Shown here in pieces: positions 10,786 through 20,456 of a DNA stretch of 64,000 bases. The position numbers and the translations under genes were made by a program. Where the stretch lies: positions 672,001-736,000 of the forward strand of contig CAWHHI010000016.1 of the NCBI GenBank assembly GCA_963829055.1, in the 5' to 3' direction. The notes under the pieces are model-generated. The model worked only from the letters and a program-made list of their open reading frames with translations. It was not told the DNA's origin and searched no databases. This DNA is from an uncultured Gemmatimonadaceae bacterium. Its GTDB lineage: Bacteria; Gemmatimonadota; Gemmatimonadetes; Gemmatimonadales; Gemmatimonadaceae. The stretch's first letter is position 1. The number at the start of each line of letters is the position of its first letter.

Positions 10786-10846
10786 GGGTATCTCACTCAC
10801 GTGTGCGTTCGAGCGTCCGGTTTGCGCCCCGGTATCGGGCTCGCGA

Positions 10847-11668
10847 CTAGCGGCGCCCGCCCTTCTCGGCCGCGTGCGACATGGGCCGCAGATACGGGTT
10901 CGGCACGTTCAAGCGCGTCGCGGGATCACTGCCGCGAAGTCGCGCCGCGAGTGCCCTTCCCGGGCGCTCGGGCCCGCCGTCCGCGTGAATGACTCGCAAC
11001 TGTATCTCTCGATCAATACCTGGGCGCGAGCGGCCCCCAGCCGGGGACTCGTCGCTCAACGTGGTCGAGCTCTGGCCATCCTCGCGAGCGACGACGCGCA
11101 CCAACTCGAGATCCGCGAAGCGCGCGAGCGCCACGTTCCTGCGGTCGCCGAATTCCGCCGTCGATTCGGCGTGCTTGTTTCGCCTGATCGCGGCGATCAC
11201 CATGGCCGTCGTTCGCATGAGCATGACGACACCCGCATACGCCGCGACATCGGCGACGTTCAGCACGATGCCCGCACCGTCGGCACGCTGCACCGCGATG
11301 AAATCGACCACGCCAGCCGGGGACAGTAGCAGACTCACGAGATTGCCGATCGCGCCGCCGGCAATCAGGCCTAACGCGGCGGACGACCGATCGTCGATGC
11401 GGGCCAGATCCCGCGCGACCGGGATGATCAGCAGCAGCGCCCCGAGCGTGAGCGCGAGGCTGACCTCGAAGGTGTAGTTGCCGAGGGTGAGTCCAAAAGC
11501 CCCTTTGTCATTGTGGACGACGCCGAAGCGCACGAGGCTCGAAACACTCGGTTCGAGAGTGCCGACCCACAGCAGTGCGACCTGCTTGGTCATGAGGTCC
11601 CCGAGCGCAACGAGCGTCGCGACACGAGCGAGCGGTATCAACGGCGAGCGGCGCGGCAGTCCCTGCAT
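10847..11668 (-). CDS. Signal peptidase II (LspA)-like protein with C-terminal extension
   Basis: DLMTK, HNDKGAFG, GGAIGNL, VVDFI and NVAD motifs; four TM segments. Confidence 0.8.
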   Translation of the reverse strand: MQGLPRRSPLIPLARVATLVALGDLMTKQVALLWVGTLEPSVSSLVRFGVVHNDKGAFGLTLGNYTFEVSLALTLGALLLIIPVARDLARIDDRSSAALGLIAGGAIGNLVSLLLSPAGVVDFIAVQRADGAGIVLNVADVAAYAGVVMLMRTTAMVIAAIRRNKHAESTAEFGDRRNVALARFADLELVRVVAREDGQSSTTLSDESPAGGRSRPGIDREIQLRVIHADGGPERPGRALAARLRGSDPATRLNVPNPYLRPMSHAAEKGGRR

Positions 11669-11846
11669 CGATCCCCCGGTGCGGTGAGCGGTTCCGCCGG
11701 CAGAGGGGCACCTCTCATGCCAGCCCCGGCCGTAGCTAATCGCCGGCGCAGCGCTGGCTTACAGCCGGTCCTACGGTCTAACGTGGCGCGTTCGCCACAG
11801 GATCAAGGGCTCGGTTGCATCACGCGGTCGACGTGACCGCGGGCAC

Positions 11847-13004
11847 CTAACCGCCGTGCCGTGTCGCTCGCGCGAGCTGTCGGGCGGCGTGCTGCTCGCG
11901 GAAATCGTCGAGCTCCTCACCGCCGAACATCCCGTCGGCGATCGCCGCGACCTCCTCGGCCTCCCGCCATGCGCGTTCGAGCTCGAGTAGCTCGCCCGCA
12001 AGCGCGCGCCGCTCCGTGTCCTCGTTGGCGGCCATCTCGAGTGCCAGCCGGTCGACGAGCGGGAGCCGCAACATCAGCGTGCTCGGCTCGCTCGTGATCG
12101 ATCCGCGTCCCCAGAACGAGCGATTCGTGATGTGCAGTGCCAGGCGTTCAGCGGCGGATGACGTGGGCGCCACCGGCGCGGAGCTCAGTGGCGCGTCGGG
12201 GTATCGACCCCAGCCCGTCCGCATCGCCAGCGCGACGATCCGGGAGAAGTAGCCCTGAACGTCCTCCGCATCCTCGATCTTGGCGGTGGCACGACGGACA
12301 TCATCCGGCAGCGCGCCGGCGGCGTTCAAGGCCGACAGCACCTTGCCCGCGGTGCGCAGCCCGTCATCGCCGGTGACGGTCGTTAGGCCGCCGTCGTGCT
12401 TCACGATCAGCCGCCACGGCTCGTGCGGGTCGGGGCGAATCAGTTCCGCCGCGTCGAGGTGGCCCCACCGGATGACCGAGCGGTTTCCCTGCGCATCGGT
12501 GAGCACATCGAGCACGCGATCGCGATGCCGATACAAACGAAGCCGCGTGAGCGGCTCATCGGCGAAGATGCTTGGCGTGTCGTCGCGGGTAATGCGGCTG
12601 ATCGTGTCGTTCGCTGCACGAATCCCGCGGCGCACGAGGCCGGTTGCGATCCCAAGAATGCGACCGGACCCACGGCGCTGGATGACGTCCCCATACCGCC
12701 ACGCGGCGACTTCCGGACGCAACGCCTTGCCGATGCGGACGAGCTCGAGCCCCTCGCGAAGCTGCGCGAGGCCGATGTTGTCGGTGGAGTAGCGGAGGTG
12801 CGTCGCGCGAAAGCGACGCTCACAGTCGTCGATCGCTTCCCAGCGTTCCTCGATCGGCGAGAGGTTCCAGCGCGTGCACTGCCCGCAGATCACCCAGAGG
12901 CGGCCCTGTTCCGGGTCGAAGGCGAGTCGCCGCCCGACCGGAAACAGTTCGACCACGTCGTTCGTGCCGAGTGACTCGTTGCAGAACAGGCAGGTCGTGT
13001 ACAT
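11847..13004 (-). CDS. Hypothetical protein with N-terminal Cys pairs
   Basis: 385 aa; CLFC and CGQC; C-terminal LALEMAANE...AWREAEEVAAIAD helix; typical codon pattern. Confidence 0.8.
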   Translation of the reverse strand: MYTTCLFCNESLGTNDVVELFPVGRRLAFDPEQGRLWVICGQCTRWNLSPIEERWEAIDDCERRFRATHLRYSTDNIGLAQLREGLELVRIGKALRPEVAAWRYGDVIQRRGSGRILGIATGLVRRGIRAANDTISRITRDDTPSIFADEPLTRLRLYRHRDRVLDVLTDAQGNRSVIRWGHLDAAELIRPDPHEPWRLIVKHDGGLTTVTGDDGLRTAGKVLSALNAAGALPDDVRRATAKIEDAEDVQGYFSRIVALAMRTGWGRYPDAPLSSAPVAPTSSAAERLALHITNRSFWGRGSITSEPSTLMLRLPLVDRLALEMAANEDTERRALAGELLELERAWREAEEVAAIADGMFGGEELDDFREQHAARQLARATRHGG

Positions 13005-13280
13005 GACAACCGGCGAGAGGCGCGAGAACAGCGGCGGGCCGCTTCGACCGCGGTGCGATCGACGACAGCCGTATTATACGCGCGCGTCCGTCGAGCCGCC
13101 CATACCAATGTGGTGGTCATGCAGTGAGCGGTAGGCGGCAGTGCCAGCGGCGTGACAGGACGTCCAATGGCGCGTCGAATGCATGGACGACGCCGTACCA
13201 AATGAGGAGACCCTCACGTCGGACCATCGGCAGCCCTGCTTCGCTGTATCGCCACTTTCGCGGTCCCGTGCTCGGGACTT

Positions 13281-14094
13281 ATGATCCTGTCGGACGCGAC
13301 ACCCGCACCGGCTGTCGCCACGCACTCCTCCTCGAGAACCTTGCACAGCCGATCCGACGCCTTCGCGCGAGGCGCCGTTGTACTGCTTCCGGCGTTGGAC
13401 TCACGCTGGTTCGAGGGACGGAGTCGACCGATCGTGCTGCTGGTCGCGTTCGCGGTCGTGGCAATCATCGCGTTGCTCGTGGCGAGCGCGGCGCACCTCA
13501 ATGGTCAGCGCCAGCGGCCGCGCAAAGCGACTCGACGACGAAGAGTTGTTCATCACGACGCCACTCCCGATGTCGAAGGAGGAGATGGCGCGCCTCGCGC
13601 GGCAATCACCGCACTATGCGTTCACCGGTTTGAAGCTTCCGCGCTGGGTTCAGGCGGGATCACTCCTCGCCGCTCTCGCTATCACGTGGATGGTGGCGCA
13701 ACGCATCCAGCCGGGCGATGGGAGCGGCAACACCGACACCGGCCGGTCACCCGCAACGGCGGACGACGCCGCCGGTCGCACACCCAATGACGTCAGCGAC
13801 TCACCAGAAGATCTGGATCTCGCTCCGGACTCGAGCCCCGCGTTCGCGTTTCGTGTGCGTAACTGGGTCGCACGTGGTGCGGGCTGCGCCGGTTTGCTCG
13901 AGGTCACGAAGGGTGAGCCGCGCGCGTGGAATCTCACGGCGCGCGTTCACGATGGTCGGGGCCAGCTGATGGACACGGCCCGCGCGCGCGTGGCGGCGCT
14001 GCGTAAAGGGGATGTGGTCGAATTCACGTTCCCGAAGGCGGACTGTGACCGCATAGGCGCCTGGGAAGTGCGCGGCGCACCGCGCGATCCGTAG
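13281..14094 (+). CDS. Hypothetical membrane-anchored protein (probable frameshift near 13510)
   Basis: TM helix in frame 13281 (IVLLVAFAVVAIIALLVAS); second TM and beta-rich domain with two Cys in frame 13378. Confidence 0.5.
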
Positions 14095-14175
14095 CCGTCC
14101 CTCCACGCGTTAGGCGCTGCGATCGCGCAGCACCACGCGTCGCGGATAGTCGGGGCCGCATCGATCAACGGCGCG

Positions 14176-16876
14176 TCAACACCGCGCGCCAATCGAATAC
14201 GAGCACGATCGGGACGGAACGCGAGGCACCACGGCTACTGATGAGAAATCGATTCCCGTCCGCTGCTGACATCGTAATGGTTCAGCGACTCGGGCGGGTT
14301 GACGGTCGCCACGTTCACGTGCGTCTGAAAGAGTACGCGCGGTGGGAATGCCTGAAGCCGCTGTCAGTCGCGACGGGCGCCACCATGAGCTTCCCGTCGG
14401 GGGCGAGGTAGAACAGTTCCCCTCCATGCCGATTCCAGATCGGCTGAAAGCCGCCCCCGCTCGAGACCCTAAAGGCGCCACTGGCCTTCGGGAAGCGTTG
14501 CACAAAGACCTCGTACTGCCCAAGCTCGTTCGATGTGTAGGCGATCCAGCGGCCATCCGGGGAGACGCGCCCGAACCACTGGTCGAACGGTCCCTCGCTG
14601 ATGGCGTCTGTCGTGTCCAGTTGCGCGCACCGCCTTTATGTCGACGTTGCTCGACGCGCTCAGGTCGTCGTACACGATGAACCGCCCATCGGGCGACCAG
14701 TCGCGTACCAGCTTCGCGGACAACGAGCCCAGGAGCTTTACGGGCTCGGAACCGCCGCTCGCCGCCTGGCGGTAAAGGTCGAACGCGCCGGCACGATCGG
14801 ACGAGAACGCAATGCTGTCCCCGCGTGGCGACCACGTCGGCGAGAAGTCACTGGCCACGCTACCGAACGTGAGCTGCTGAGAAGAGCCGGCCGCGAGGTC
14901 GTGGATCCAGAGATTCCGCGCCTCCGTCAGCTCGTTCGTGCGAGAGACGGCCAGTTGGCTGTCGTTAGGTGACAGGCGCAGGTTGAGGTAGTTGGCGGGC
15001 TCGCCGATGCGGCCTTGCTCCGTGCCGGACCTGTCGACCCACACCAGCGCTGTCTTATCGATGCCGCCGGATCGATATGCAAGTAGCCCGCTGCGAGTCA
15101 CGCTGAAGCTTGCGAGCGCTGTGAACGACGGGTCGAACCACACGTGGTCGGCGACCTCCACCGGTTCGCCCGAGAGCTGCCGGGTCCGCGCGTCGAACGG
15201 ATGGGCGACCAAGCTTTCACCTCGCCTGTAGATCAGGTACCCAGGCGGTGCGTACACGGCGAGCGATTTGACGGCGAGCAATTGTTTCGGTTTGTCGCCG
15301 GATGCCAACGAGACGACGTAGAGCCCTGTGAGAGCGCTGTTAACGCCGTTGCGGCTGAAGTACAGCACGTGCTGTCCGTCTGGAAGGAAATGGGGGTAGC
15401 GGTGAGAGTTCTCACCCGCGGCCGAATCGAGACGCGTCACTGGCATCGGCGGGCCGCCACGCGCGGGCACGCGGGAGAGCCCCATCGAGGACGCCGCGAA
15501 CACGATTGTGCCATCGCTGTTCCACGTGCCGCCCCGCGAATTGCTCACCGGACACAAGTCGACGACCGGGCCTCCCCCCACCGGGATCCGCTTCAGTTTC
15601 CCATCAGCGAAGAATCCAATGGAGCGACTGTCGGGCGACCAGAATGGATACGTCGCACCGATGGTACCCTCCAGCTTTTTCGGCTCCTCAGCGTCGAGGC
15701 GACGAACCCAGGAGATGAGTCGGGCCGTCCGCGTCGGCGGCGAGGAGGACGAGACGTTCACCGTCCGGCGAGACGACGACCGACTGCAGCACGCTACCAG
15801 CCGGTGGCTCGACCGAGACGATGCGTCGCTCGCCCGACGACCGCGCGAACCGCGGACTCAGTGCCTGCCAAACGACGACCGTCAGCAGCGCGGCGACGAG
15901 TATCCACGGGACACGTCGGGCCCCGTGGACGAGCCAACGTCGCCAGCGCGCCTTCATGTCCGCGCGTGCGGCCGGCAATCGCGGAAGCGAATCCACGCCG
16001 CGGGCGGGTATGCCCGGGGTACCACCTGGCTGCGTGAGCTCGGCTAGCGCTTCGCCCAGCTCGATGCGGGCGTCCCCGATGTCCCGTAGGCGTTGGTGCG
16101 GATCCTTGCGCAGACAACGCCTAACGAGTGCCAGAATCGAGGGCGGGACGTCTGCCGGGAGCCAGGACCAGTCCGGGTCACGCGTCAGAATCGCGCCGAT
16201 GGTTCCCGCGGCCGTATCGCGATCGAACGGTCGCGACCCGGATAGCGTCTCGAATAGCAGACACCCGAACGACCGAGATGTCCGTGCGCTTGTCTACGCG
16301 ATCCCCGCTCGCCTGCTCGGGACTCATATAACTCACAGTCCCCATCAAGACGCCGACCGTGCTCATGTCCGCGCTGCCGACGGCGCCCGTCAGTTTGCCC
16401 GGTGGGCGGAGCGTGGCGATGCCGAAGTCGAGCACCTTTGCTTGCCCGACGGCGGTAAGCATCACGTTCGCCGGCTTCAGGTCGCGGTGGACAACACCCT
16501 TCTCGTGCGCAGCCTCGAGCGCCGCCGCCACATCCTGACACACCTTCAGTGCCGCCGCGACCGGCAGCGCTCCACCCGCCAGCCGACGCTCGAGCGTGTC
16601 GCCCTCGACGAACTCGAGGACAAGGAAGCGAACCCCGTCGGCTTCCTCCAAACTGTGAATGCTCGCGACGTTCGGATGGTTGAGCGCGGCCATGAGTCGC
16701 GCCTCCTTCTCGAGTCGGTCGAGGCGTCCCGGATCCTCGCCTGCCTCATCGAGCAGGAGCTTGATGGCAACGTCACGCCGGAGACGGTTGTCGCGCGCGC
16801 GGTATACCTGGCCCATCCCCCCGGCGCCGAGTCGGCCAACGACCTCGTATCTGCCTAACGAGCGGCCGATGTCCAA
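14176..16876 (-). CDS. Hanks-type Ser/Thr kinase with TM helix and TolB/WD40-like beta-propeller (several frameshifts)
   Basis: GAGGMG, VAIK, HRDLKPAN, DFG, YMSPEQ; LVRRCLRKDP in the next frame; repeated WSPDG-type propeller motifs. Confidence 0.85.
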
Positions 16877-16916
16877 AACTGACCTCCGAGATAGGGCGCG
16901 TGGGCTAGACGAGAGG

Positions 16917-17804
16917 TCACTGGATGGACGCGGGCGCGTGCGGAAGCTTCGCGTACTGTTCGACGTCGTGCTGGATCCAGAGTGTCGCGCCGGTGCGGGT
17001 GAGGAACGCCTCGATCTGGTCCATCGACCGGAGTGTCATCTCGCGGTCGAAGTTGGATAGGGGCATGCGACGGAGACGCCGATTCTTCGCGAAGTGATAC
17101 AGATCTCCTGAGAGCACTACCGGTCCGGTCTTCGGCAGCCGGATGAACAGGACCTGGTGTCCGGGAGTATGTCCTGGCGCGGGCATGATCACGACAGAAC
17201 TATCGCCGAACACGTCGTACGCGCCGTCGAGCATGATGGTCTTGCTCGACTGGAGCTTCTCGTAGTACCGACCCCACGACGACGCGAGGACTGAGTCGCT
17301 AAAGGCTGCTTGATGCTCCGCTTTCTGGATCAATAGCGTCGAACCGGCGAACAGATTCGCGTTCCCGACATGGTCGAAATCCATGTGTGACAGCGCGAGA
17401 TAGGTGGCGTCGGACGGCCGGAACCCGATCTCCGCGAGTTGCGAAGCGAGCGTCTTCCTGACGCGAAACCGTATGTTGCCGTTCAACGGCGCCCATCCGT
17501 CAGGCAGCCGCACCAGCGAGTCAGGGAGACCCGCGTCCCAAACAAGCGTGCCTCGCGGATGGCTGATCAGGTAGCATGGGTCGACGAATGCCTGTGACAC
17601 GCCCTTGTCGAACCCCGACGAGAAGCCGGAGACGTCCCTGATCTCACCGTACCCACAGTCGAAGATCTGGACGTGTAAATCGCGCGCGGCGCGCGGAGCC
17701 GGCGGCTGCGGAACGTCGTGCACACCAAGTGTGGTCACGACGATGGCGGCCGTCAGGAAACTCGAAGCGGCGCGTTGGGGGAGAAACCGGCGACCTGGCA
17801 ACAT
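16917..17804 (-). CDS. N-acyl homoserine lactonase-like metallo-beta-lactamase fold hydrolase
   Basis: LSHMDFDHVGN (HxDxDH), PGHTPGHQ, LSGDLYH; hydrophobic N-terminal segment. Confidence 0.85.
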   Translation of the reverse strand: MLPGRRFLPQRAASSFLTAAIVVTTLGVHDVPQPPAPRAARDLHVQIFDCGYGEIRDVSGFSSGFDKGVSQAFVDPCYLISHPRGTLVWDAGLPDSLVRLPDGWAPLNGNIRFRVRKTLASQLAEIGFRPSDATYLALSHMDFDHVGNANLFAGSTLLIQKAEHQAAFSDSVLASSWGRYYEKLQSSKTIMLDGAYDVFGDSSVVIMPAPGHTPGHQVLFIRLPKTGPVVLSGDLYHFAKNRRLRRMPLSNFDREMTLRSMDQIEAFLTRTGATLWIQHDVEQYAKLPHAPASIQ

Positions 17805-18164
17805 TGCCGCCTCGCTGCGAGGTATGCGCTCATCGGGCGCCGGCGTCGGCGGCTGTCCAATCGAATCGGAACGACACACCCAACTTCGGTGCGGAGAATG
17901 GAGTGAGTCAAGCTCGCCCGCAGCTCACTTTCGAATGCTCGAGCCGGCCTACCAAGGAACGTCAGCGAACGTCGACCGGCGCCTAACGCGGCACGGTCCC
18001 GCGCGCCACGAAGAGAACATCGCCGCGCTTCGCCGCCGTGATCGCCGCCGCCGCGACGCAGGCATACTGGAACTCCTCAGCCGTGCCCATCTCGCGTTCG
18101 GTCGCCTCGAACCCGACGTCGCGTAGAAACACACGCACCCATTCGAGTAACTCTGCCCGGTCGA

Positions 18165-18285
18165 AGACGCCCTGCATCAGCGACAGGTCGATCATGAGCC
18201 CGCCGTCGCAGACCGCCGTCTCCGCGGCGTTGTGGTCGCCACCACGCACGGCCGGCAGCAGCCGGTGCGAATGGGCAAAGTCAAA
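18165..18285 (-). pseudogene. Remnant of an FAD-linked oxidase (VAO/BBE family)
   Basis: FAHSHRLLPAVRGGDHNAAETAVCDGGLMIDLSLMQGV resembles the AVRGGGH..G..IDLS motif; rest of gene absent. Confidence 0.65.
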
Positions 18286-18648
18286 CCCTACTGAAAGCCG
18301 CGCACGATGGGCCGTCGACCTTAATGCCGCTCCGACCGGCTGTCGAAAGCAACGCGCCTCGGCGCCGCACGACGCCCAATGTCGCAGCGCCTCGTAGGCG
18401 CACCCGATCCTTAGGCGATCGCCTTCATCGCCGTGATACGCACGGCTCCGCACGCAAGGACGAGGACGCCATCGCGGATCGCCGACGCGGGCGCGCCGCG
18501 CTGCGTCGGGCGTGGCGCAGTCCCTACCGGTTGCCTCGACACGCGCGTGAGCCAAGGCGAGTCGATTTCTCGTTACCGGGTGAAGAGCAATCAGCGCGCA
18601 GTTCCGGTCAAAGGGCTGCGAGTCGACAGCGTGTCACCGGAGGTGTTC

Positions 18649-19263
18649 ATGTCAGGAAGCTCATGGCGTCTCACTCGGTCGTTGGTCGTCAGCGCGGCCA
18701 TACCAGTCGTTCTTAGTGCATGCTCCGACCCATCGTCAACGTCACCGGGTAGCACGACACTCGATACGACGCTGCCGATGCCCATTGCCAGGAGCGGGCG
18801 TGGTGGAGCGACGAGCCGCACGAGTGACACAAACGTTGAACAGCAACTCGCATCGCTGCGCGCGCTGACTGCGAAATTTCATCGATTCGAGGTGGCGCAG
18901 GCGGCGGGGTGGTCGGTGCCGGTTCCACCCTGCCGAGACAATCCACCGCAGGGCGGAATGGGCTGGCACTTCGTGAATGTCGCCTATGTCGACGCGACTG
19001 TCGAAGTTCTCAAGCCGGAAGTGGTCATCTACGAGCCGGAGAAGAACGGCGATCTTCGGCTGGTGGGCGTCGAATACATCATCCCCTTCACCATCCTGCC
19101 GTCGACTGCGAGTCCGCCGTCACTCCTGGGTCAGCAATTCGTCCGCAACTTCGGCGATCAGGTGTGGATGCTCCACGTGTGGGTATGGAGGCACAACCAT
19201 GACGGCATGTTCGCCTCCTGGAACCCGAGCGTGTCCTGTCGGTACGCGGGGGCGCAGCCGTGA
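18649..19263 (+). CDS. Uncharacterised lipoprotein
   Basis: GGAGG SD; lipobox VLSAC; motifs GGMGWHFVN, PEVVIYEP, LVGVEY, LHVWVW..N..GMFASWNP.VSC. Confidence 0.85.
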   Translation: MSGSSWRLTRSLVVSAAIPVVLSACSDPSSTSPGSTTLDTTLPMPIARSGRGGATSRTSDTNVEQQLASLRALTAKFHRFEVAQAAGWSVPVPPCRDNPPQGGMGWHFVNVAYVDATVEVLKPEVVIYEPEKNGDLRLVGVEYIIPFTILPSTASPPSLLGQQFVRNFGDQVWMLHVWVWRHNHDGMFASWNPSVSCRYAGAQP

Positions 19264-19338
19264 GCGCGTGAGTGATCAACGTGCCGCACGCCAGACCGTT
19301 CGTCGTCGGATGTTGCCTAACGTGTCGTCGGCCAGCCG

Positions 19339-19587
19339 TCAGGTTGCGTCGGCGCCCACCAGATCGGCAGCGGTCGCCACCACGGCCCGCGTCAGCTCGC
19401 GAAAGAACGGCTCGACTCGTGACTCACACGAGAGGAGCGAGCCGAGCTCCCGGGCGAGCGCGCGGTCCGCATAGCCCACGACGGCGACGCGCGCCGCGCG
19501 AGCGGCGATCGGAATGTTCGTGAGCTCGGCGTACAGTTGCTCCAAACGGTCCCAGTCGATCGGCGGATCGCCGGCGACGCGCGTCAC
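19339..19587 (-). CDS. Short protein matching only the N-terminal helical region of ECF-associated Ser/Thr kinases
   Basis: GTGA overlap with the sigma stop; DWDRLEQLYAELTNIPIAARAARV...DRALARELGSLL. Confidence 0.6.
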   Translation of the reverse strand: MTRVAGDPPIDWDRLEQLYAELTNIPIAARAARVAVVGYADRALARELGSLLSCESRVEPFFRELTRAVVATAADLVGADAT

Positions 19588-20207
19588 GACGCCGGTCCCT
19601 CCGCTAGCTCGCGGTAGAGCCACGCCTGCGCGAGTGCCCAGCCGCGCTTCACCGACGCCGGCGAGATGCCGAGGGCGTCAGCGGTCTCGTGAATCGACAT
19701 GCCGCCAAAGAATCGGCACTCCACGATCCGACTCTGGCGTTCCGACAGTTCGGCGAGTCGTGCGAGCGCCGTGTCGAGGGCCAACATGAGCTCGAGGTCT
19801 TCGTTTGCGGCGAGCGGCGCGGTGCCGACGAGCGCTTCTACCTTGGCGACATCCACAGCCGCTCGACCGCCCCCGCACTTCGCAGTATGTCGTCGTCGCG
19901 CGTGATCGACGAGGATGCTGCGCATCGCCATGGCCGCAACCGCAAGAAAATGGGCGCGATCTCGCCAATCGTTCTCGCGCCCACGTGCGAGCTTCATGTA
20001 CGCCTCGTGCACGAGCGCCGTCGTGTTGAGCGTATCGGCGTCAGCCCAGGCACGCCGTTGAGCCCGCGCGATCCGCTTCAGCTCGTCGTAAACGATCGGG
20101 ACCAGCCGCTGGATTGCTGACGCGTCGCCGCCGCGCATGTCTGCCAGTAGCTGGCCGACGTCAGCCCCTGGACTGTCCGCTGGGAGGAGTGTTCTCGGCC
20201 TGGCCAC
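19584..20207 (-). CDS. ECF sigma factor, TIGR02999-like
   Basis: LVPIVYDELKRIA, TLNTTALVHEAYMKL, DRAHFLAVAAMAMRSILVDHAR, VECRFFGGMS..ETA..LGIS..SVKRGW..AQAWL; AAGGAG SD. Confidence 0.92.
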   Translation of the reverse strand: MARPRTLLPADSPGADVGQLLADMRGGDASAIQRLVPIVYDELKRIARAQRRAWADADTLNTTALVHEAYMKLARGRENDWRDRAHFLAVAAMAMRSILVDHARRRHTAKCGGGRAAVDVAKVEALVGTAPLAANEDLELMLALDTALARLAELSERQSRIVECRFFGGMSIHETADALGISPASVKRGWALAQAWLYRELAEGPAS

Positions 20208-20456
20208 GTCGACGACTCCTTGAGGCGACGAGGGTACGGGTACGAACACACCCTGCGCGCGGGGCTTCGCGGAGTCAACCCCCTCCCTGCCGCTGATCCG
20301 CTCAAAACACCAAGCCGCCAACGAAAGCGGGTCTTCGGTTCTGTCGGCCTCTTCGTCGACCCGCGGTGCCGCCCAGGTCGGTTCCAAGTCCCACATGTCT
20401 ACATGGTCGTCACTCAGCGCGTTAGGCGCGCAGCTCGCCACGTCGGGCGCCTCTCG

